IMG/VR virus record: IMGVR_UViG_3300020045_004605
Location: 1-63,680 of that record
Source of the DNA: a virus
Lineage: Duplodnaviria; Caudoviricetes
Direction: 5' to 3' (one strand)
Length of the DNA: 63,680 nucleotides
The translations under genes were made by a program, and so were the position numbers. Positions 39,544-48,339 of this stretch are shown here, piece by piece; the stretch's first letter is position 1, and each line of letters begins with the position of its first letter. The notes under the pieces are model-generated. The model was not told the DNA's origin. It saw only the letters and a list, made by a program, of their open reading frames with translations, and made no database searches.

Positions 39544-41769
39544 ATGGAGAAATCATTTTTAAGAAAATTAGTAGACTGCGGTTTATCTATTATTCCTGTT
39601 GACGACAAAAAAACACCTATTGGAGCTTGGAAAAAATACCAAACAGAAGCTAGAACAAAAGACGAGATTGACGCGTTAAATAGTCCTATGTATGGTTTAA
39701 TAACAGGGTATAAAAATTTAGAGGTTATTGATATTGACTGTAAAGTTTTTGCAACACTTCAGGAACAAAACGATTTTTGGAATGAATTACATTCGTTCTT
39801 AAAAGACAACATTGACGACTTTGATAAAAAGTTTGTTATCTATAAAACCAAAAATCAGGGGTATCATATTTTATACCGTTGTGAAATAATACAAGGTAAT
39901 ACAAAAATAGCTCGGTTAAAAGACCACAAAGAAGCTATTATTGAAAGTAGGGGTATTGGCGGAATGGTTGTGATTTACGATAACAAAATTTCTAAATTAG
40001 CATACTACGAAATTCAAACTATAACCGAACGCGACAGGGAGATACTATGGTCTATTTGCAAAGGATATAATCACGTCGAGGATATTACTATTGAACAACC
40101 TAAACAAGTAGAGTTTGAAAGTAATACTATAAAACCTTGGGACGATTACAATCAAAAAGTTTCTATTTTTGATATAGTACAAGACGATTTTAAAATAGTA
40201 CGCCAACTAAACGATAGATACGTTATTAAAAGAAACGGCTCAGAAAATCCAACTTCAGGTAGTATTTTTAAAAGTAACGGCTGTATGTATCTTTTTACTA
40301 CAGGGACTATTTACCCACACGAAAAACTAATTACTCCGTTTATCGCATACACTTATAAAAACCATAACGGCAACTTTACAGAATCTAGTAAAGCTATTTA
40401 TAGTTTAGGATTTGGAACGCGCGCGGTTAAGCCTTTAAAAGAAAAACGCGAATTACCAAAGATAGATAAAAAAGATTTGGTATTTCCTATTGATATTTTT
40501 CCAAAACCGATACAGTCTTATATTTTAGAGTGTAATGAAACCTTAGATAGTAGTATTGATTATATGGGTTGTTCTATGCTCTGGTTAATTTCTGTTTGTA
40601 TTGGAAATTCTATTCAGATTGAAGTAAAAAAAGGTTGGAATGAAACCGCAACAATTTGGTTAGCGGTTGTAGGTAAAGCGGGTTTAGGTAAAACCCCGTC
40701 AATACACAATATAATTAAGCCTTTACTTAGTGCAAATAACAAAGAGATTAGGAATTATATTAAGCAAAGCGAAAAATACGAGTTTTATGAAAGCTTAAGT
40801 AAAAAAGAAAAACAAGAACACGAAGAGGTTTTTAAGCCTATTAAATCTCAGTTTATCGCAAATGATATTACCATTGAAGCGTTAGTTGAATTACATCAAG
40901 AAAACAAAAATAGTATTGGTGTATTTAAAGATGAGTTAGCGGGTTGGTTTAAGGATATGAATAAATATCGCGAGGGTTCGGATTTAGAATTTTGGCTATC
41001 TACTTGGAGCGGTAAAGCAATATCTTTAAACCGTAAGACTTCAAAAAGTAGCTTTGTAGATAAACCGCTTATTTCTGTACTTGGAGGAATACAACCATCA
41101 ATTTTAAATTCATTCTATACAGACGATAATAAAGATAACGGTTTTGTGGATAGGATGCTATTATCTTACCCTGAATTAAATATCGATAAGTGGAATGATA
41201 AGGAAATGAATTACGATACTATTCAATGGTATAACGACGCGATAATTAGCTTTTATGAAACTATTAAACACAAAGTAATTGAGTTTGATGCGGACGGGGA
41301 TATTCTACCAAAGACGGCTACAATCCCAAAAGAAAGCAAAAAAGAATGGATAAGGGTTTTTAATGAATATACTTCTATTCAAAATAGCGACGATGAAAAC
41401 GAATATATGAAATCGATGCTACCAAAACAAAAATCATACTTACCTAGATTTGCGTTATTGATTAATGCCTTTGATAGTTTCTTTGATTTAGATTGTAAAA
41501 GCGATGCTTTGGTAATTAGTAAGGAATCAATTTTAAAGGCTGAGAAACTATCTAAGTACTTTATTGCTATGGCTAAAAAGATTAAAGTTAATAGTATAGA
41601 GAAAAACGAGATTAAAAACATTTTAATACAAAACAAAAACAAAAGCATTAAAGAGCAATTTACAGAAATGTATAAACAAAACCCTGACTTAAACAAAAAA
41701 GAAGTAGCGGAAACGTTAGGGGTTAGCTTACAAATGATATATAAATATGTTAAGGAATTAAAGGTTTAA
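39544..41769 (+). CDS. Prim-Pol N-terminal domain + DUF3987-like helicase replication protein
   Basis: VIDIDCK, GYHILY, GKAGLGKT, FKDELAGW, GGIQP, C-terminal HTH. Confidence 0.85.
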   Translation: MEKSFLRKLVDCGLSIIPVDDKKTPIGAWKKYQTEARTKDEIDALNSPMYGLITGYKNLEVIDIDCKVFATLQEQNDFWNELHSFLKDNIDDFDKKFVIYKTKNQGYHILYRCEIIQGNTKIARLKDHKEAIIESRGIGGMVVIYDNKISKLAYYEIQTITERDREILWSICKGYNHVEDITIEQPKQVEFESNTIKPWDDYNQKVSIFDIVQDDFKIVRQLNDRYVIKRNGSENPTSGSIFKSNGCMYLFTTGTIYPHEKLITPFIAYTYKNHNGNFTESSKAIYSLGFGTRAVKPLKEKRELPKIDKKDLVFPIDIFPKPIQSYILECNETLDSSIDYMGCSMLWLISVCIGNSIQIEVKKGWNETATIWLAVVGKAGLGKTPSIHNIIKPLLSANNKEIRNYIKQSEKYEFYESLSKKEKQEHEEVFKPIKSQFIANDITIEALVELHQENKNSIGVFKDELAGWFKDMNKYREGSDLEFWLSTWSGKAISLNRKTSKSSFVDKPLISVLGGIQPSILNSFYTDDNKDNGFVDRMLLSYPELNIDKWNDKEMNYDTIQWYNDAIISFYETIKHKVIEFDADGDILPKTATIPKESKKEWIRVFNEYTSIQNSDDENEYMKSMLPKQKSYLPRFALLINAFDSFFDLDCKSDALVISKESILKAEKLSKYFIAMAKKIKVNSIEKNEIKNILIQNKNKSIKEQFTEMYKQNPDLNKKEVAETLGVSLQMIYKYVKELKV

Positions 41770-42040
41770 ACCGTTTAAAATTTTAAACTAATTTTAAACC
41801 TAGTTTAAAATGGTTTAAAGATTTGATTATCAACAACTTATATCAAAAAACGCGTTTTGTAACTATTTGTAAATCAATACTTTAAACTTTTAAACTAAAT
41901 TTAGTTTAAAATTTAAAAAAAAAAAACCAAAAATAAAAAAAAATTTTTTTATTAAAACGATGTTTAAAAGTTTAAAATGGTTTAAAGTCTAGTAAAATAA
42001 GGCGTTAACAACTTTAAACTAAGTTTAAAAGTTTAAAATT
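41762..42040. repeat. AT-rich iteron-like region, putative origin of phage B
   Basis: Many GTTTAAA/TTTAAAC; GTTTAAAATGGTTTAAAG at 41803 and 41970. Confidence 0.55.
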
Positions 42041-42043
42041 AAT

Positions 42044-43465
42044 ATGAAAAAACTACGACCATATCAGGAAAACACAATAAATGCGATTAGAAACCTATTA
42101 ATAGTAGGTAGTAAACGCGTTATTATGTGCGCTCCTACAGGCTCAGGAAAAACTGTAATGTTTTCCTTTATGCTACAACGCGCTATTGATAAGGGTAAAA
42201 AGTGTATGGTTTTAACCCATAGAACCGAATTACTTACACAAGCGGGAGGAACATTAAACGGTTTAGGGTGTGAAGTTGTGAATTTAGACGCTAAGGCTAA
42301 GATAATACCTGAAGCGCAAATGTATGTAGCTATGACTCAAACATTGATTAGACGCGTTAAAAATGAGTCTTACGCACAGTTACTAAGTAGTCTTGACCTG
42401 TTGATTATCGACGAAAGTCATTTACAGTCTTTTAACTCGCTATTTCCATACCTAAACCCCGATACAATTGTTATCGGAGCGACCGCGACACCAACGCGCT
42501 CAGGAAACCAAACTTCTTTAGATGAGTTTTACACGTCGATAGTTGAAGAGGTTACAATTTCCGACTTAATAAAAGACGGTTACTTATCTAAACCTAATTA
42601 TTACGGGTTAAAACTTGACCTTACTCCGGTTAAAGTTAAAGGTGGTGATTATGACGGGGATAGCTTAGGGGATTTTTTAACACGGAATAAAGTATTTGAG
42701 GGTGTGTACGAGAATTACACCCGCTTAACTCCGAATAAAAAAGCTTTGATTTTCGCGCCAAACGTTGAAAGCTCAAAAACATTAGTTACAAATTTAAGTG
42801 CGCGCGGTTTACCGATTAAACACTTAGACGGTAATACACCCATATCCGAACGCGCTCAAATACTTAATTGGTTCGAGTCAACACCAAACGCGTTACTTTC
42901 AAACGTAGGTATATTAACAGCGGGTTACGACCACGCGTTAATTGAAGTAGTAATACTTTACAGGGCAACAAAATCCCTCCCTCTTTACTTGCAAATGGTT
43001 GGCCGCGGTTCACGTACTGCTGAGGGTAAAAACGAGTTTACAATATTAGATTTTGGTAACAATATCTATACGCATAACTTTTGGCATATTGACCGCGTTT
43101 GGAGTTTAGAAAAAGAAGTCAAAGATAAAGGCGTTGCACCTGTAAAAGACTGTCCTAATTGTGGCGCGATATTACCCGCTTCTTTACAAGTTTGTGACTA
43201 TTGCGGTGCTGAGTTACCAAAGACAGCGCAAGAGTTACGCGAGGCTTTAGAGATTGAGTTGTCAAAAATAACGGCTGAGGACGTAGCTCGGTATTTTAAA
43301 TTGCAGTCATTTGATAAGTTAGAACAGTACGCAGAGTTTAAAGGCTACAAGCGTTCTTGGATTCACTATAAAATACCATACGCAGACTTGGAGGCATACG
43401 CGGAATATAAAGGATACAACCCCGCGTGGGTTAATAGAATTAAAACTTTACGAAATTTTAAATAG
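42044..43465 (+). CDS. SF2 DEAD/DEAH-box helicase with Zn finger
   Basis: LRPYQ, PTGSGKT, DESH, TAT, QMVGRGSR, CPNC...CDYC. Confidence 0.95.
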   Translation: MKKLRPYQENTINAIRNLLIVGSKRVIMCAPTGSGKTVMFSFMLQRAIDKGKKCMVLTHRTELLTQAGGTLNGLGCEVVNLDAKAKIIPEAQMYVAMTQTLIRRVKNESYAQLLSSLDLLIIDESHLQSFNSLFPYLNPDTIVIGATATPTRSGNQTSLDEFYTSIVEEVTISDLIKDGYLSKPNYYGLKLDLTPVKVKGGDYDGDSLGDFLTRNKVFEGVYENYTRLTPNKKALIFAPNVESSKTLVTNLSARGLPIKHLDGNTPISERAQILNWFESTPNALLSNVGILTAGYDHALIEVVILYRATKSLPLYLQMVGRGSRTAEGKNEFTILDFGNNIYTHNFWHIDRVWSLEKEVKDKGVAPVKDCPNCGAILPASLQVCDYCGAELPKTAQELREALEIELSKITAEDVARYFKLQSFDKLEQYAEFKGYKRSWIHYKIPYADLEAYAEYKGYNPAWVNRIKTLRNFK

Positions 43466-43472
43466 ACCCAAT

Positions 43473-43826
43473 ATGAAAAACGACGAAGCATTAATACAAT
43501 CGGAATGTGTAAAATGGTACACTAACACGTATTGCCTTAAACATCATAACCCGCGTGGTCTTATATTTTCAGTCCCTAACGAATTAGGGAAAACAAACGC
43601 TTTACAAACTATGTTAGCCAAAGCTACAGGGTTACTAAGTGGTGTAAGTGATTTAGTTGTAATACACCCGAACAAAGGGCAACTTTTTTTTGTTGAGTTA
43701 AAAACAGCTACAGGCGTACAAAGTGATGCACAAATAGAATTTGAAGAGCGAGTTAACGCGCTCGGTTATGAATATAAACTAATACGCTCATTTGATGAGT
43801 TTAAATTATGGATAAATTTACAGTAG
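43473..43826 (+). CDS. VRR-NUC domain nuclease
   Basis: GVSDL, FVELKT, QSDAQ. Confidence 0.9.
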   Translation: MKNDEALIQSECVKWYTNTYCLKHHNPRGLIFSVPNELGKTNALQTMLAKATGLLSGVSDLVVIHPNKGQLFFVELKTATGVQSDAQIEFEERVNALGYEYKLIRSFDEFKLWINLQ

Positions 43827-44053
43827 AAAAACACTTATATGAGGTTAATCATTTTAACCAACAAACACACGAAAACGGCAGACCATTCAGATTAAGCGGG
43901 ATAAGTTTGGTATTAAATAAACCCGCAGTATGGATTGACAAAAGATTAACACACGGCACCGAGTACATTTTTAGATATTTGGATAAAGAGGGCGGTTTCT
44001 TTTCTTTTGAATTCGACCCAAACAACAAGTTTATTTGTAAACATTCTAAATAA
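43808..44053 (+). CDS. Conserved hypothetical protein upstream of array
   Basis: Orthologue of 30584-30829. Confidence 0.75.
   Translation: MDKFTVEKHLYEVNHFNQQTHENGRPFRLSGISLVLNKPAVWIDKRLTHGTEYIFRYLDKEGGFFSFEFDPNNKFICKHSK
44031..44053. promoter_or_regulatory. Fur-box-like palindrome in gene 3' end
   Basis: TTATTTGTAAACATTCTAAATAA. Confidence 0.6.
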
Positions 44054-44107
44054 CGCCTTGATGTTTTTTATATTAAAATAATTACTATTTTTGATTAAAG
44101 TTATTTA

Positions 44108-44237
44108 TAACGTCCTGTGGCTTTGTCGTCGTTGTGGCGAGTGAACCTAAATCTTAACAAATAATAACTAAATTTTAAAATTATGACTGAACTTTCAAAA
44201 AATGCCCAAGTGCCACAATGCGACAAAACCGCTGTTA
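44108..44237 (+). repeat. attC-like hairpin
   Basis: GTGGCTTTGTCGTCGTTGTGGC / GCCACAATGCGACAAAACCGC. Confidence 0.8.
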
Positions 44238-44866
44238 CAAGCAGTCCTTGTTCTGTTGATTGTTTGGATTTAATTAAAGATTTACTCGTTTTTGAATCCG
44301 AAGATGATTTTTATTTCCTTCAAATTCTCCAACGTAAAAAAGAAAATGCAGAATTAGGAAGTAATTCTCGTGTAATTAAAAATTATTACATAAAATCACT
44401 TCAAAACTTATTAGATAGATATGATGAGATAAAAGCATTATGCAATTTGTTTAATGCAAGAGCATCTTTAAGATTGAATAAAAGAAGTTTTGAAAAGGTG
44501 GGTTTTAAGTCTCTTGAAAATATTGCGAATACAATGCAAAACCGAGAGTACAAACATTTAATGAACTCATACGATAGGGCTTGTGGCTTGCTTAATAACG
44601 AGAAAACTAAAAAATGGATAATTGATATTGATAAGGATGAAGTTATATGGTTAGAACAAATTATAAACGCTGTTCAACCTTGTGAGCCAAATGGAAATAA
44701 GATATTAAAGCAATTGCCTACAAAAAGTGGCATCCATTTAATTACAACTCCGTTTAATGTAATGCAATTCAAAGAGAATTTTAAAAAAGAATTAGAAGCC
44801 TACAAAATGGGCGAAATAAATATTGATATTCATAAAGATAATCCTATCAACTTATACGTTCCGTAG
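44183..44866 (+). CDS. Cassette ORF, possible AEP-fold protein
   Basis: WIIDIDKD and TKSGIHLI resemble AEP motifs I and II; starts within hairpin. Confidence 0.6.
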   Translation: MTELSKNAQVPQCDKTAVTSSPCSVDCLDLIKDLLVFESEDDFYFLQILQRKKENAELGSNSRVIKNYYIKSLQNLLDRYDEIKALCNLFNARASLRLNKRSFEKVGFKSLENIANTMQNREYKHLMNSYDRACGLLNNEKTKKWIIDIDKDEVIWLEQIINAVQPCEPNGNKILKQLPTKSGIHLITTPFNVMQFKENFKKELEAYKMGEINIDIHKDNPINLYVP

Positions 44867-44875
44867 GATTGCTTG

Positions 44876-45002
44876 TAACGTTGAGCATAACGCTAGTTAC
44901 GAGCTAAATAAGCCGAAACTTTCAGATTAAAAACCATCTTAAAAGACACAAAACTAAGTGTAAATTCAAGACCGAAGCCGTAATTAGTGTTATGCATTGT
45001 TA
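44876..45002 (+). repeat. attC-like hairpin
   Basis: GCATAACGCTAGTTACG / CGTAATTAGTGTTATGC. Confidence 0.85.
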
Positions 45003-45047
45003 CAAGCTGGTTATTCTAATTAAAACTAATTTTAAATATAAATAAAA

Positions 45048-45683
45048 ATGAATAAGTATTATCAAACATTACAAAACATCCTTGAAAAAGGTAAAACACA
45101 ATTAAATAAAAAAGGTAATATAAAATACCTTATTAACGAAGTTTTATCTATGGATAAAAAAGACTTATTAAAAATATTTGATGAGCATAAAATAGCAAAA
45201 TATAAATTACAAAAAGAGATTGATTTGTATTTTAAAGGCATTACAGAAATTAAAGAATATAACGAGGCAGGTATTTTTTGGTGGGATTATTGCGCTCCTG
45301 CTTTAATAAATAGCTACCCCACTTATTTTAAAAAGTTACCATTCTTAATCGAAAAAATAAATAAAGAAAAAAGACCATCAAAAAATTACGTTCTATTTAT
45401 AGGGGAGACGGGAGTAAAAACAAATCAATTGCCTTGTTTAAGTTTAATACAGTTTCAAATCAGCGATGACGAACTTTATATAACTGTTTATCAAAGGAGT
45501 GCAGATAGTAATTTAGGGTTACCCTCTGATATTTATCAAATATTTTTAATAAGCGAATTAATAGATATACCATTAGCTAATATTACATTTTTTATAGGGA
45601 ATGCACATATTTATGAAAACAATATTGATAATACTTATGAGTTACTAAAAGGGAACAACCCTAAATTTGAGCTCAATGTTTAA
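45048..45683 (+). CDS. Cassette ORF: thymidylate synthase-superfamily enzyme
   Basis: LPC catalytic Cys, YQRSADSNLGLPSD, GNAHIYEN. Confidence 0.85.
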   Translation: MNKYYQTLQNILEKGKTQLNKKGNIKYLINEVLSMDKKDLLKIFDEHKIAKYKLQKEIDLYFKGITEIKEYNEAGIFWWDYCAPALINSYPTYFKKLPFLIEKINKEKRPSKNYVLFIGETGVKTNQLPCLSLIQFQISDDELYITVYQRSADSNLGLPSDIYQIFLISELIDIPLANITFFIGNAHIYENNIDNTYELLKGNNPKFELNV

Positions 45684-45691
45684 CTTGCTTG

Positions 45692-45761
45692 TAACGTTAA
45701 AAATAAACGATGGTGGCGTATGTGGTTAGTAGATTCCGCCACTATTGTTTATTGATTGTTA
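45692..45761 (+). repeat. attC-like hairpin (70 bp)
   Basis: AATAAACGATGGTGGCG / CGCCACTATTGTTTATT. Confidence 0.85.
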
Positions 45762-45813
45762 GCACTTCGCCTTTTTATTTACAAACAAATATTAATTTTT
45801 AAAACAAAATATA

Positions 45814-46125
45814 ATGACAGGAAAATATTTAATTACCACAGATGCGTGGTTTTATGGAGCAGACGGCAAACAATATAAATCCGTTTGGGGAGAAGTTGAA
45901 ATTGTTAGCGATGCAATTTTAGGAATAAAAACAAATGTTAGAAGTTCTAATTGGTTTGCAAAAGTTAGCGGAGAAAAAAATCACGTTATAATAGCTGGTT
46001 GCCAAATCCATTATGCTGTAAAAACAGAAGAAAAACCACATACAGAATTAACTGCCGATTATACAATTGAAGTAGGAGAAGTCAAAAATTATAATCGTCC
46101 GACTTCTATTTATGTTGTTGAGTAA
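45814..46125 (+). CDS. Cassette ORF, hypothetical protein
   Basis: 103 aa bounded by GTTAGCACTTCGCCTT / AAGGTGAGTGCTAAC. Confidence 0.75.
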   Translation: MTGKYLITTDAWFYGADGKQYKSVWGEVEIVSDAILGIKTNVRSSNWFAKVSGEKNHVIIAGCQIHYAVKTEEKPHTELTADYTIEVGEVKNYNRPTSIYVVE

Positions 46126-46134
46126 GGTGAGTGC

Positions 46135-46174
46135 TAACTACCTGATAGGTATGATTTTGTCATACCTATCGGTA
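46135..46174 (+). other. attI-like terminal site of array B1
   Basis: TAACTACCTGATAGGTATGATTTTGTCATACCTATCGGT, identical at 53889. Confidence 0.65.
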
Positions 46175-46191
46175 AAAAATGTAAATAAAGC

Positions 46192-46497
46192 ATGAAAACA
46201 ATCCCACAAATATCAAAAGAGTACGGAATCCCGAGAAGTACTTTAAGAAACCGTTTAAGGAAAATAACAGATAGCGTTTTAGTAGACTATAAAACCGAAA
46301 CGCTTATAACTCAGGATAGCTTAAGACCTAAAAAGACTTTGGTAAAACCTATTAAACCGCTTTTAGTTTACGCATTTAAAGAAGAACATCCATATATGAG
46401 TAACGAAGAGATTAGCTTTATTTTAAGCGTACCACGTCATACGATTGATGAAATACTAAACAATGAATTTTTAACGATTAGAAGTCGCACTATTTAA
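46192..46497 (+). CDS. HTH-like hypothetical protein
   Basis: Orthologue of 27936-28253. Confidence 0.7.
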   Translation: MKTIPQISKEYGIPRSTLRNRLRKITDSVLVDYKTETLITQDSLRPKKTLVKPIKPLLVYAFKEEHPYMSNEEISFILSVPRHTIDEILNNEFLTIRSRTI

Positions 46498-46552
46498 ACT
46501 CATTCTAAATAACGTTAGTTTGTTAAACGTATTGGAATTATTACTAAATTTG
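46490..46552 (+). promoter_or_regulatory. Fur-box-like palindrome plus -7 box
   Basis: CTATTTAAACTCATTCTAAATAA; TAAATTTG at 46545. Confidence 0.6.
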
Positions 46553-46572
46553 ATTTTTAAAACTATAAGATT

Positions 46573-46983
46573 ATGGGAGAACTAAAATTTAGAGCGTGGG
46601 ATGTTTTTTATAAAAAAATGACTTACGAACCAATTGTGTCAGATGGAACTGATGGTGGAGAAACATCATGTGTTAGAATAAATGATGCAATTGATTGTTT
46701 TGATGGTGTATTAATGCAATATACGGGATTAAAAGACAAAAATGGTAAAGACATCTATGATGGGGATATTATAATTGTTTATGAAAATGGAAATGGAAAA
46801 ATAAAGTCTTGGGAAAACACTGTTTGCTTTAAATCAGGAGCATTTTGTTTATACAATCCTGATTGTTGTGATACTTGTAAAAATGGATTTGGCATAACTT
46901 GTACACTTATGGAAGCAAGATATTACGGAGAATTAGAAATAATCGGAAACATTTACGAAAACCCTGAACTAATAAACAATTAA
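46573..46983 (+). CDS. YopX family protein
   Basis: KFRAWD, MQYTGLKDKNGKDIYDGDI, EIIGNIYENPEL. Confidence 0.9.
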   Translation: MGELKFRAWDVFYKKMTYEPIVSDGTDGGETSCVRINDAIDCFDGVLMQYTGLKDKNGKDIYDGDIIIVYENGNGKIKSWENTVCFKSGAFCLYNPDCCDTCKNGFGITCTLMEARYYGELEIIGNIYENPELINN

Positions 46984-46986
46984 ACT

Positions 46987-47214
46987 ATGATTTACAAAAC
47001 ACTTTTTAACCTATCCAATTTATCAAACGGGGAAATATGCAGACGTTTGGAAATAGGACATACCGCAAGAATTCAGTACGAAAGAGCGACAAAGTTTAAT
47101 ATCAATCAATACGTTGACTTCGGTAAAAAACTCGGTCTTGCAGATGCTCAATTAACAGGGTTGGTAGTTGAACGGATTAAGGAACTTTTAAAAAACTATA
47201 ACGATGGAAGATAA
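46987..47214 (+). CDS. HTH (XRE/Cro-like) regulator
   Basis: Orthologue of 26994-27206. Confidence 0.6.
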   Translation: MIYKTLFNLSNLSNGEICRRLEIGHTARIQYERATKFNINQYVDFGKKLGLADAQLTGLVVERIKELLKNYNDGR

Positions 47215-47425
47215 AGCATTAGAGTTGGTTAATGAATATCAGACCGATTTAAGAGGGTTTATACTCAGTAAATACGAAGCTACTCAATGCGCCAAACTCG
47301 ATTTACAACACTCTATTGAGTTGTTGGAGGAAATTGAAAACAGTTGTATAGGTAATTTTGTTATTTTTATTCATCAAGAAATCGAATCCCTCCGAAACCA
47401 ACTTGAACATTTAAATAGTATTTAG
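47204..47425 (+). CDS. Hypothetical protein
   Basis: KALELV...ATQCA, resembles 51769-51987. Confidence 0.6.
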   Translation: MEDKALELVNEYQTDLRGFILSKYEATQCAKLDLQHSIELLEEIENSCIGNFVIFIHQEIESLRNQLEHLNSI

Positions 47426-47427
47426 TT

Positions 47428-47616
47428 ATGATAGCACTAATCAAAAAAATAATTAAAAGACAAAAGCTTTTAAGAAAATATAAAAAAGGTAAAAATGAAC
47501 TGTCAGATTTAACTTTTTTACTTAGTAATTTTGACTGGAGTTATGATGATAAACATTTTTTTATACATCACTATAATTGCGAGAACCGTTGTTACAACAG
47601 AATTAAAAAACTTTAA
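47428..47616 (+). CDS. Hypothetical protein
   Basis: 62 aa in operon. Confidence 0.5.
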   Translation: MIALIKKIIKRQKLLRKYKKGKNELSDLTFLLSNFDWSYDDKHFFIHHYNCENRCYNRIKKL

Positions 47617-47697
47617 CCAACCCAATTAACCCAATAAAATAGAAATGGAAAAGCAAAGAAACTCAGTAAACATTTTCAACGAAAAACAATAAATAAG

Positions 47698-47898
47698 ATG
47701 AAAGCAAAAGTAATTATTGAAAACGGAATAACAACTATCGAATTAAAAGCCGATAATGATTTTGAAAAAGACGTTATTGAAAAATTTGTAGATAGAAGAA
47801 AAGACTATAATTTAAACACGGAAATAACAACTAAGTACGCTTATGGTCAACACTCTGAACATAAAATAACAATAACAGTAGAAACTTTAAAACAATAA
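47698..47898 (+). CDS. Hypothetical protein
   Basis: 66 aa in operon. Confidence 0.6.
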   Translation: MKAKVIIENGITTIELKADNDFEKDVIEKFVDRRKDYNLNTEITTKYAYGQHSEHKITITVETLKQ

Positions 47899-47900
47899 AT

Positions 47901-48203
47901 ATGAAAACATTATTATTACTCGTGCTACTATGCACAACGACAATCGAACCGCCATTTAATTTTAATGGCGTATTCTATGGAAATCAAAATATAAAACTTG
48001 TTAATCTTGGATGGAACACAAGGCACATCGGGGCAAATTATACGATAAAGCGTAACGGTGCGATAGTTAGAACGGGCGTAACACAACAAGTTAATGTAGT
48101 TTCTATTCCGGTTGAAAGCAATTTCAAACGAGCGACTTTTAGTATTAGTCAGAGTTTGGATGGTGAAACGAGTGCGGAAGTGTACACTGTCGTTAGGAAA
48201 TAG
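47901..48203 (+). CDS. Exported protein similar to lipoprotein 20836-21228
   Basis: Hydrophobic N-terminus; PPFNFNG...VNLGW...TIKRNG. Confidence 0.6.
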   Translation: MKTLLLLVLLCTTTIEPPFNFNGVFYGNQNIKLVNLGWNTRHIGANYTIKRNGAIVRTGVTQQVNVVSIPVESNFKRATFSISQSLDGETSAEVYTVVRK

Positions 48204-48207
48204 CTTA

Positions 48208-48323
48208 TAACGTTCTACGGCTACACGTCCGTTGCGTTCAAAGAACTGAGTACTCTCGGCTAAGCTAAAACGTGAAAGTTAAACTAATATAAACAAAATA
48301 GCAATGGCGTGTAACCGTTGTTA
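48208..48323 (+). repeat. attC-like hairpin
   Basis: ACGGCTACACGTCCGTTGC / GCAATGGCGTGTAACCGT. Confidence 0.8.
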
Positions 48324-48339
48324 TAAGCAGTAGCGGATT

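Larger units (their letters stand above)
44098..46174 (+). mobile_element. Integron-like cassette array B1 (3 cassettes)
   Basis: Hairpins 44108-44237, 44876-45002, 45692-45761; terminal site 46135. Confidence 0.8.
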
